Source of the DNA: an uncultured Clostridia bacterium
Lineage (GTDB): Bacteria > Bacillota > Clostridia > Christensenellales > UBA1242
NCBI GenBank assembly: GCA_947625515.1
Contig: CANQOO010000006.1
Location: 1,139-65,138, forward strand
DNA length: 64,000 nucleotides
Direction: 5' to 3'
Under the pieces are notes generated by a model. It was not told the DNA's origin and searched no databases. It was given only the letters and a program-made list of their open reading frames with translations. Position numbers and translations under genes: made by a program. How positions within the stretch are numbered: position 1 is the first letter of the stretch; every line of letters starts with the position of its first letter. Positions 57,228-64,000 of this stretch are shown here, piece after piece.

Positions 57228-58430
57228 ATGGACAACATAATTGTTGTTGAAGACGACAGCGTCCGAAAAAAAATCCAGAAAACAGCAGAAAAATTGGAGA
57301 GAAAATACACCGCTTCAAGAAAAGTTAATGAAAAAGAACTCCTTGAAGGCAGGCCTTGGTGGAAAAAACTTATTTCCGCCGCGATAAATCTCATCCTCGC
57401 TCTGCTGATCGTTTTTTCGTGTGCAATGTCACTTTCCGTCATTGTTTCAAAAATTAACCGCACCGTTCCGTCCTTTGCAGGTTACAGTGCCTTGACAATC
57501 GTCAGCGGAAGTATGGTGGCGGCAGGATATGAAGTGGGTCAGACCATTGTCACAAAATCTGTGGACCCACATACACTCAGCATTGGCGATCGCATCGCAT
57601 TCTATGTCTATGAGCCGGATTACAGACGCTATTCCTCCGCTGGCAGCACCGAGGTGACCACCCAGCAAGAGGTCAAAACTGAAACTCCATTTTTCAGTTT
57701 CTTTGGCCTTAAATCCGCAAAAATCACCGAAGCTTCCCGCAACGGAGCAAGACTTGTCTTTCACGAAATTGTCGGCATCTATGATGACGCCAACGGCGAA
57801 AGATGGTTTAAAACCAAAGGGGCGTCAAACCCGGGGGTTGACACTTGGATAACTTCCGAAAGCCTTGTGCTGGGCATTCTTGATGAGGGTGGCTTCGGCG
57901 GGGCACTTGCTTCCATCTTGACAACCATGACAAACAATATGGCAACCTTTATCATCATCATCATGATTCCGCTGCTGGCACTTGCTGCAATGCTTTCCTT
58001 GCAACTTATCCGCAGTATGTCACGCATCAAACTTGAAATGGACGTGGTTGAAGAGAAACGTAAACTCACCGACGAGATTTGCGTGAAAAACAACATCGGC
58101 TTCCGCATGGATAAGCAGACCAAACTGAAAGTGCTTGCTCAGGCAAAAGATGACCAAAAATTGGACTACATTTCTTTGCTTTGGGAGGACGGCTCCGCTC
58201 CAAACAGCATCCGAAAATATTATCTTCGCCACAACCAAATGCTTAAATACAACAAGCAACTGCTGGAACTTAACCGCATGTGCGAACAAATGATGCAAGA
58301 CGGTGTGAAGATGGATGAAATTGCCAGATTTTACACCGAAGGGAAAACAAAAATCAACTCCGAACGCGAAAAAACTGAGGCCCGAATCAAAAAAATGCGT
58401 AAGGCATATAACGCCAAACCGCAAATTTAA
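57228..58430 (+). CDS. sipW: SipW-like (eukaryotic/archaeal-type, S26B) signal peptidase I with N- and C-terminal cytoplasmic extensions
   Basis: ATG at 57228 (GAGGTG RBS); the tracked start 57222 is a GTG. After a TM helix come IVSGSM (compare SipW VLSGSMEP), GDRIAFYVY (GDVITF), FHEIVGI (THRIVDI) and WFKTKGASNPGVD (LFKTKGDNN). A second TM helix follows (FIIIIMIPLLALAAMLSLQLI), then about 140 aa of K/E-rich, probably coiled-coil, tail. Confidence 0.75.
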   Translation: MDNIIVVEDDSVRKKIQKTAEKLERKYTASRKVNEKELLEGRPWWKKLISAAINLILALLIVFSCAMSLSVIVSKINRTVPSFAGYSALTIVSGSMVAAGYEVGQTIVTKSVDPHTLSIGDRIAFYVYEPDYRRYSSAGSTEVTTQQEVKTETPFFSFFGLKSAKITEASRNGARLVFHEIVGIYDDANGERWFKTKGASNPGVDTWITSESLVLGILDEGGFGGALASILTTMTNNMATFIIIIMIPLLALAAMLSLQLIRSMSRIKLEMDVVEEKRKLTDEICVKNNIGFRMDKQTKLKVLAQAKDDQKLDYISLLWEDGSAPNSIRKYYLRHNQMLKYNKQLLELNRMCEQMMQDGVKMDEIARFYTEGKTKINSEREKTEARIKKMRKAYNAKPQI

Positions 58431-58573
58431 TCGAAGTTTTAATTGTTTGCAAATTTTGCGTTAAACCTCTTTTGAATGTGCCTGCTCGCGTAAATTTTCA
58501 AAATTTTCGCCAAAAATATTTACTTTTCACAAAAAACGTGATATAATGAAAGAAGCATTGAAAAATGCTTCAT

Positions 58574-58650
58574 GCGTCCATAGCTCAACTGGATAGAGCG
58601 TCAGTCTACGGAACTGAAGGTTGGGGATTCGAACTCCTCTGGACGCACCA
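58574..58650 (+). tRNA. tRNA-Arg (anticodon ACG), CCA encoded
   Basis: Manual cloverleaf: acceptor GCGTCCA/TGGACGC, D-arm TAGCTCAACTGGATAGAGC, anticodon stem TCAGT/ACTGA with loop CTACGGA, variable AGGTT, T-arm GGGGA-TTCGAAC-TCCTC, discriminator A plus CCA. A TATAAT box lies at 58543-58548. Confidence 0.9.
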
Positions 58651-58656
58651 CAATAG

Positions 58657-58787
58657 CAAGCCAGTTTCGCTCTCAACTGGATAACAAAAAAAGAAAGCTT
58701 TTTTTGTTGCGACATCGTCGAATCTTCGCAAAATGTTGCAAGCAACATTTGCTCTCCTTCTCCTCGTCTTAGAGCGTCAGTCTACGG
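58657..58787 (+). repeat. About 130-bp direct repeat, copy R1 (immediately 3' of tRNA-Arg)
   Basis: CAAGCCAGTTTCGCTCTCAACTGGATAACAAAAAAAGAAAGCTTTTTTTGTTGCGACATCGTCGAATCTTCGCAAAATGTTGCAAGCAACATTTGCTCT...TCGTCTTAGAGCGTCAGTCTACGG recurs with few changes at 59238-59365. It contains two hairpins (ACAAAAAAAG/CTTTTTTTGT and AATGTTGC/GCAACATT). Confidence 0.8.
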
Positions 58788-58831
58788 AACTGAAGGTTGG
58801 GGATTCGAACTCCTCTGGACGCACCACAATA
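58770..58831 (+). pseudogene. Duplicated 3' portion of tRNA-Arg (att-like 62-bp exact direct repeat)
   Basis: 58770-58831 is identical to 58594-58655 (tRNA from the D-arm TAGAGCG to CCA plus CAATA). It has no 5' acceptor/D-arm half, so it is not a functional tRNA. Confidence 0.85.
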
Positions 58832-58869
58832 AGAACATGGTTGAACATGTTTAACGAAGAGGGAAAAGT

Positions 58870-59199
58870 ATGGTAGGAAAGTATAAAGTTGTCACATTAT
58901 GTGGAAGCACAAAATTTAAAGAGGATTTTCTTGCCGCCCAAAAGGAACTGACCCTTAAAGGGTATATAGTAATTTCAGTTGGACTTTTTGGACACTCTGG
59001 TGATAATGAAGTATGGACAGAAGGCACAAAAGAAATGCTTGACGATATGCATAAGCGTAGAATCGATATGTCCGACGAAATCTTTGTGATTAACAAAAAT
59101 GGATACATTGGTTCAAGCACTCGCTCAGAAATTGAATATGCTGAAAAAACGGGCAAAAAGGTGAATTATTTAGAGCCGATAAAAGCAGCAACGAAATAA
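58870..59199 (+). CDS. Small cytoplasmic protein, possibly of the nucleoside 2-deoxyribosyltransferase/DNPH1-like fold
   Basis: 109 aa. The N-terminal YKVVTLCGSTKF resembles the (Y/F)xCGSIRGG-type first strand-loop of that superfamily, and the C-terminal GYIGSSTRSEIEYAEKTGKKV resembles its G.G..(Y)E.G.A motif. Bracketed by R1/R2. Confidence 0.35.
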   Translation: MVGKYKVVTLCGSTKFKEDFLAAQKELTLKGYIVISVGLFGHSGDNEVWTEGTKEMLDDMHKRRIDMSDEIFVINKNGYIGSSTRSEIEYAEKTGKKVNYLEPIKAATK

Positions 59200-59237
59200 A
59201 TGGTTCAAATGAAGTTCAATTCTGTGCATCAGAAACA

Positions 59238-59365
59238 CAAGCCAGTTTCGCTCTCAACTGTATAACAAAAAGAGAGTTTTTTTGTTGCGACATCGTCGAA
59301 TCTTCGCAGAACGTTGGAAGCAACATTTGCTCTGCATCTTTTCGTCTTAGAGCGTCAGTCTATGG
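59238..59365 (+). repeat. About 130-bp direct repeat, copy R2 (ends in a short tRNA-Arg fragment)
   Basis: CAAGCCAGTTTCGCTCTCAACTGTATAACAAAAAGAGAGTTTTTTTGTTGCGACATCGTCGAATCTTCGCAGAACGTTGGAAGCAACATTTGCTCT...TCGTCTTAGAGCGTCAGTCTATGG. Similarity to the tRNA stops after GTCTA. Confidence 0.8.
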
Positions 59366-59468
59366 AAAAACCTGGGCGGCAGGCTAAGGAATGAAGGCTA
59401 ATTTTTGCTTTCTTTTTTATTCCCTTAAACTTGTTTGACAAATTGCTGCTTTATGCTAAAATTGAAAT

Positions 59469-59981
59469 ATGCTTGAAGATGTTAAAGAAAAAAGTGTGAT
59501 TTTTAAGGGCTTTGAGCCGGTTTTCAATAATGAGAGCCGCATGCTTATTTTGGGGAGTTTCCCAAGCGTGAAAAGCAGGGCGGCGGGCTTTTATTATGGC
59601 AACAAGCAAAACAGATTTTGGAAAATGCTGGAAACGATTTTTGATGAGCAAATTGCCGAAGATAAGGCGGGCAAAATTCAATTTTTGCTCAAACATAAAA
59701 TTGCACTGTATGACGCGGTTGGCGAAAGCGATTTGCAAGGCTCGATGGACAGCAACTTGCTTAAATCCAACAGCAAACTTGCCGACATGACGCTCTTGCT
59801 GCCGCCAAACACAAATGTGCAAAAAATTTTGTGTAACGGAAAGGCCGCATTTGAACTTGCATCTCGAAACTTGAAAACAAACTTGCCAATAATCTGCATG
59901 CCTTCCACCAGTCCGGCAAATGTGAGTTACAATTACAAAAAGTGGAATGACGAATTGAAAGCCTTGAAGAATGGAATATGA
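59469..59981 (+). CDS. Uracil-DNA-glycosylase-superfamily protein, hypoxanthine/deoxyinosine-DNA glycosylase type
   Basis: 170 aa. LILGSFPSVKSRAAGFYYGNKQNRFW matches the GSFPS..S....FYY....N.FW signature of family-6 (hypoxanthine) DNA glycosylases. Also C-terminal PSTSPAN. Confidence 0.7.
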   Translation: MLEDVKEKSVIFKGFEPVFNNESRMLILGSFPSVKSRAAGFYYGNKQNRFWKMLETIFDEQIAEDKAGKIQFLLKHKIALYDAVGESDLQGSMDSNLLKSNSKLADMTLLLPPNTNVQKILCNGKAAFELASRNLKTNLPIICMPSTSPANVSYNYKKWNDELKALKNGI

Positions 59982-60084
59982 AAGGGAATTATGTTTTCAC
60001 TTTGAATGCTTTTTTTTTATAATGTTTCGGCTTTTCTGTTTTTTTCTTATTTTTCCTGTTTTTGCATTAAACGGCAAAGATTAT

Positions 60085-61905
60085 TTAATCCAGGTTGTCC
60101 TGTTTGGCGAGGAAATCTTTGATGGTGTGGGCAAGCGATTGGTGAATGCCTTTCACAAGACACAACTCTTCCAGGCTGGCCTTGCTGACGCCTTCACTGG
60201 TGCCAAACGCTTGCAGGAGGGCGTCAATTTTTGCCGGCCCCAGCCCCGGAATTTCCTCCAAGATGCTGTGCGTTTGAGATTTTGTTCGCAAAGAGCGGTG
60301 AAAGGTGATGGCAAAGCGGTGAGCCTCGTCGCGAAGGCGTTGCAGCAGCCGAAGCTCTGCACTGCCATATTTCAAAATCACTGGCAAATGACTTTGGGTG
60401 GTGAAGACTTCTTCAATTCGCTTGGCAAGCGAGATCATTTCAATTTTGCCATCCAGATTGAACTCTTGCAAAATTTCATAGCAGGACGAAAGTTGTCCCT
60501 TGCCGCCGTCAATCACCAGCAAATCCGGCTTTTCGCGGAAACTTTCGCCGTTCTGCTCTTTATATCGCGTCAGGCGGCGGGTGAGAGCCTCTTTCAGCGA
60601 GGCGAAATCGTTGTTTCCCTGCACTGTTTTGATTTTAAATTTTCGATATTGCGATTTTGCGGGCTGACCGTTTTCAAACACCACCATCGACGCCACCTTG
60701 TTTGTGCCACTGATGTGAGAAATGTCATAGCACTCCATCCGTCGTGGCAGGCAGGATAGGCCAAGTTTTTCTTGCAGTTTTTGCATAGCTCCCAAGCCTT
60801 GACTATATTCCAATTTCTCTTTTTCAAGATGTTTTTGCAGGTGTTCTTCTGCGTTCTCCTTAGCCATTTTCAAAAGCGTCAGGTTCACGCCGTGAGGACT
60901 GGTGATGACCTTCACGTTTTTGCCAAGATATTCCTTCAAAAGTTCGGCGTCAATCTCATGAGAAACAATAATTTCGTTCGGCACAAGGCAGTTTTTGTAA
61001 TATTGGCAAATGAAATTGAAGAGTGTCTCTTTTTCTTCCAGTTCGGCGTCATTTTGGACATAGTTTGCGATGCCCAAAATTTTTCCTCCACGCACAACCA
61101 TTCCAGTCACAACGCCCGAAAGACCGTCGGAGTGGAACGCAAAGACATCCTTGTTGACATCTTTTGGCAGATTTGCCACCACGCGTTGTTTGAGTTTTGC
61201 CACCATTTTTAATGCCTCGCGAAGTTCAATAGCACGCTCGAAATTTTCCAGTTCCACGGCGGTTTGCATTTTCTCTTGCAAAATTTGCTCAATTTCGTCG
61301 TCATTCCCGCTGAGGAAACGGATGACTTTTTTAATCTCCTCCGCATATTCTTCCTTGCTGACGCGGCCTGTGCAAGGTGCAAGGCAGAGTCCAAGCGAGT
61401 AGTTCAGGCACTCGCGTTTTGCCTTGCCATCAATTTTGTGGGTGCAGGTGCGGATTTTAAAAGCAAAATTGATGGTCTTCAAAATTTCGGCAGGACTGAT
61501 GCCTGCAATGTAAGGCCCAAAATATTTCGCCCCGTCATCTTTTTTGATTCTTCGCACAATTTCCGGGCGAGGAAAATCCTCTTTCAGATTGATTTTGATG
61601 TATGGAAACGCTTTGCCGTCTTTGAGCAGGATGTTGTAAAACGGCTGATGTTTGTGAATCAGGTTGCTTTCCAGCCCAAGGGCGTCCAGCTCGCTGACGG
61701 CGATGAAATAGTCAAAGTCGTCCACATGGTCCACCATTGCTTGCACTTTGCTTGGCTTTGGCGAATTGCGAAAATATTGGCTCACACGATTTTTCAGATT
61801 TTTCGCCTTGCCGATGTAGATTATCTCGCCATTTTTGTCACGCATAACATACACGCCTGGGCGTGTTGTGAGCGTTTTAAGTTTTTGGCGGATTTTTTCG
61901 TTCAT
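60085..61905 (-). CDS. uvrC: Excinuclease ABC subunit C
   Basis: GIY-YIG N-terminus (RPGVYVMRDKNGEIIYIGKAKNLKNRVSQYF), UvrBC-interaction region, endonuclease V-like domain (MECYDISHISG) and C-terminal (HhH)2. I prefer the ATG at 61905 (MNEKIRQKLKTL...) over the tracked GTG at 61962. Confidence 0.9.
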   Translation of the reverse strand: MNEKIRQKLKTLTTRPGVYVMRDKNGEIIYIGKAKNLKNRVSQYFRNSPKPSKVQAMVDHVDDFDYFIAVSELDALGLESNLIHKHQPFYNILLKDGKAFPYIKINLKEDFPRPEIVRRIKKDDGAKYFGPYIAGISPAEILKTINFAFKIRTCTHKIDGKAKRECLNYSLGLCLAPCTGRVSKEEYAEEIKKVIRFLSGNDDEIEQILQEKMQTAVELENFERAIELREALKMVAKLKQRVVANLPKDVNKDVFAFHSDGLSGVVTGMVVRGGKILGIANYVQNDAELEEKETLFNFICQYYKNCLVPNEIIVSHEIDAELLKEYLGKNVKVITSPHGVNLTLLKMAKENAEEHLQKHLEKEKLEYSQGLGAMQKLQEKLGLSCLPRRMECYDISHISGTNKVASMVVFENGQPAKSQYRKFKIKTVQGNNDFASLKEALTRRLTRYKEQNGESFREKPDLLVIDGGKGQLSSCYEILQEFNLDGKIEMISLAKRIEEVFTTQSHLPVILKYGSAELRLLQRLRDEAHRFAITFHRSLRTKSQTHSILEEIPGLGPAKIDALLQAFGTSEGVSKASLEELCLVKGIHQSLAHTIKDFLAKQDNLD

Positions 61906-62189
61906 GGAACAATTATAGACATTTTGCGGAAGAAAATCAAGCAGGCGTATCACATTTTTCACTTATTGGTGCAGCAAAATATATTGTGCAAACAGGCATA
62001 GAAAATTTCTCAAAGCCTTTTTGTGAAAAAGTGAAAAATTTTTTGATAAAGAGTGTTGAAAATTCTTCCAAAGACTTCGTGGAAAAAAATATGAAAAATA
62101 ACTGCAAGAAATTTTATATAAAAATTGACAAACTGCTGCAAAAAAATATCGAAAAAAAGATAAAGAACATGAAATTTGTTGCAAAAACT

Positions 62190-62290
62190 GATTTAATTTG
62201 TTAAAATGAGAAAGAATATATATCATCTGTTGATTTAACTTGTTAAAACGAGATAGAACGAGAGAGAATATATATCATCTGCTGATTAAA
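62190..62290. repeat. About 2.3 tandem copies of a 42-52 bp unit upstream of the membrane-protein gene
   Basis: GATTTAATTTGTTAAAATGAGAAAGAATATATATCATCTGTT / GATTTAACTTGTTAAAACGAGATAGAACGAGAGAGAATATATATCATCTGCT / GATTAAATTG... Confidence 0.6.
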
Positions 62291-62345
62291 TTGCTTGCAT
62301 AAAATGGCTCGGATTGCCTGTTGGCAAATGATGGGGGAAGTCTAA

Positions 62346-64000
62346 ATGGATTGGTTGGTAGATTTATTTGCAAGTCTGTTTGATATGATTCCAAAAATCA
62401 TATATCTTTTATATACCTCAATGGCATGCCTTTTGGACTTTATGCAGCTTGCTTTTCGAAAACTTGCCGGGCTTGACGTGTATTATGATGCCAACGGCAA
62501 CAAAATTTCGGGCGACATCGTCACAAATTTCATTGCCGGTGTTTTGGGTATAGATTTTGACGGCGGTTCTGGGGTGGCGTTCGATTATTCCATCCTCACC
62601 ACTGTTTTTTGGTCTTTTGTGTTGTTCGGGGTGATTATCACATTTGTTTCGGTGTTTGTTGCACTTATCAAATCGCACTATAACTATGACGAAAAATCCG
62701 CAAAAGGGCCAATGCAACATGTTTATGCAGGCTTGAAAGCAATTCTCAACATTTTTGTGGTGCCGCTTGTTGTTGTGCTTGGGCTTTATGTTTCTCAGGC
62801 AGTGCTCACGGCACTTGACTCAATTTCGTCTGGTCCAACTGCGGCAACTTTGACAGATTTTGACACCTCCAAATTGCAGCCAACCTTGACGACACGCAGC
62901 GGAGCGGTCAACACCCAAGACGCGGGCGAGCGAACATACATATATTATGACATCTTTGGCATGGGCAGCGATGTGTTTTATGGTGCAAGCTCTGGCACGT
63001 GGGAAGGCTGGCGAGCGGATGACTTGGGCAAAATCGCCGCAACAACCCAAACTTTTTCGGGAATGCTTTTCAGGGTGGCGGCATACAACGCCAACCGTGC
63101 AAGGACGGGGCAGATTCAAGTGGGCAACACCACCATCTATGGCCTTGAAGAAAACGGAATTTTCAGTTCGCCGCGTGAGGACAGCAATGTCAGCCAGCAA
63201 GAGTCACTGGCGAACATGATTGACACCGCCTTCGTGTGCGACTTGCACCTGAGCGATGACTACCTCAACTCGCACATCACTGTTCATTATGACAAAAATG
63301 GTGCGTTGGAGTGGACAAGCCTGTCTTGGTTTACAAATTTCCTTACGGGAAGAATTGCAGCGTTCTCGAAATTTAACGTGGGTGCTGTTTGGTATTATTA
63401 CGATTTGTGGAAATTCAATTTCATTGTTGGCTTTGGTGGCGTGATTGTGTGCATCACATTGTTCTTAAACATAATTTTGGGGCTTATCACGCGTATTTTC
63501 ATGTGCCTGGGGCTGTTCTTGGTGGCTCCGCCAATGTTTGGGCTTTCACCGTTAGACGGTCCACAGGGGGCGGCAAAACGCTGGCGTGAAGCATTCTTGA
63601 AACAGCTTTTGATGGTTTATGGTGCCATTTTGGGGATGAACATTTTCTTCTTGATTTTGCCGCTGATGAACCAAATCAATTTCTTCGACCTTGCCGTGCC
63701 GGATTATCTCATGCAAGTGCTGGTCATCATTGTGGGGCTTGTTTCCGTCAAGGCGTTCATTGCCATGGTTTCCTCGGTTGTGGGGAGTGAAGACGCAAAT
63801 AAAACGGGTGGAGACATTTCAAAAGATGTTGGCACCGTGGCGGGCAAGGCAGCAAAATTGGCAATTGGCACGCCGGTTCAACTTGGAGTTGCAGGTGCGA
63901 GACTTGGCGGAGCCATGTATGCCAAGACCAGGAAGAATGATTACGCAAGATATAGGGATGCGGAAAACAGGAGAGCAGAAAAAGCCGAAGCACAAACCGC
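62346..64000 (+). CDS. Large polytopic membrane protein of unknown function; the 3' end runs off the window
   Basis: Missing from the ORF track because it has no stop inside the window. An ATG at 62346 follows a GGGGGAAG RBS, and the frame stays open to 64000 (551 codons). My translation reads MDWLVDLFASLFDMIPKIIYLLYTSMACLLDFMQLAFRKLAG...FWSFVLFGVIITFVSVFVALI...ILNIFVVPLVVVLGLYV... (about 170-aa loop) ...IVGFGGVIVCITLFLNIILGLITRIFMCLGLFLVAPP...MVYGAILGMNIFFLILPL...VLVIIVGLVSVKAFIAMV... Confidence 0.6.
   Translation, partial: MDWLVDLFASLFDMIPKIIYLLYTSMACLLDFMQLAFRKLAGLDVYYDANGNKISGDIVTNFIAGVLGIDFDGGSGVAFDYSILTTVFWSFVLFGVIITFVSVFVALIKSHYNYDEKSAKGPMQHVYAGLKAILNIFVVPLVVVLGLYVSQAVLTALDSISSGPTAATLTDFDTSKLQPTLTTRSGAVNTQDAGERTYIYYDIFGMGSDVFYGASSGTWEGWRADDLGKIAATTQTFSGMLFRVAAYNANRARTGQIQVGNTTIYGLEENGIFSSPREDSNVSQQESLANMIDTAFVCDLHLSDDYLNSHITVHYDKNGALEWTSLSWFTNFLTGRIAAFSKFNVGAVWYYYDLWKFNFIVGFGGVIVCITLFLNIILGLITRIFMCLGLFLVAPPMFGLSPLDGPQGAAKRWREAFLKQLLMVYGAILGMNIFFLILPLMNQINFFDLAVPDYLMQVLVIIVGLVSVKAFIAMVSSVVGSEDANKTGGDISKDVGTVAGKAAKLAIGTPVQLGVAGARLGGAMYAKTRKNDYARYRDAENRRAEKAEAQT

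Noticed and set aside
58527-58748. 73-aa reverse-strand ORF
   Set aside because: It lies directly over tRNA-Arg and the R1 repeat, so it is an artefact of the structured RNA region.
58657-58836. Possibility that R1 plus the duplicated tRNA 3' part is a second, intron-containing tRNA-Arg gene
   Set aside because: No 5' acceptor strand complementary to TGACGC/TGGACGC and no proper D-arm precede it. The CTCAACTGGATA word in R1 is only a fragment, and the intervening 110 nt have no group I intron features.
59971-62001. Two long + strand ORFs (59971..60759 and 61264..62001)
   Set aside because: They are antisense shadows of uvrC, with junk composition and no RBS.

Overview
The 64-kb window looks chromosomal and comes from an anaerobic Bacillota (Clostridia-like) organism. 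Supporting signs are strong AAGGAG-type ribosome-binding sites, a tRNA with encoded CCA, nrdDG, a SipW-type peptidase and A-rich intergenic DNA. I cannot name the organism.

Layout, left to right:
- A cell-envelope pair: a YidC-type insertase fused to a TagF-like domain (truncated by the window edge and absent from the ORF track), followed by an LtaS-family enzyme.
- A ferritin-like protein.
- A compact type III toxin-antitoxin/abortive-infection module: a 36-37 nt RNA repeat array, a terminator and a ToxN/AbiQ-family toxin. An unexplained AT-rich repeat array follows it.
- Housekeeping and metal genes: enoate-reductase-like flavoenzyme, serine hydrolase, archaeal-type CMP kinase, khpB/jag, cadC-cadA with operator palindromes, nrdD/nrdG with two NrdR boxes, dut and a ZIP transporter.
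- A single 28.2-kb gene (21365..49573) encoding a 9402-aa tail-anchored surface protein. It is built from more than 50 Listeria-Bacteroides (Flg_new) repeats plus other module classes.
- tmk and a serine-palmitoyltransferase-like alpha-oxoamine synthase.
- The locus I consider most worth follow-up (52.1-58.4 kb): four tandem paralogous TasA/camelysin-like proteins with SipW-type signal peptides. Each has its own conserved about 120-nt leader (palindrome plus a covarying hairpin) and terminator. They are followed by a fifth, divergent SipW-type substrate with a long N-terminal extension, and a SipW-like signal peptidase with an unusual C-terminal cytoplasmic domain.
- tRNA-Arg(ACG) with a duplicated 3' part and about 130-bp direct repeats bracketing a one-gene cassette.
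- A hypoxanthine-DNA-glycosylase-type gene, uvrC and an edge-truncated polytopic membrane protein (also absent from the ORF track).

All functional calls rest on motif recognition by eye. No searches were run.
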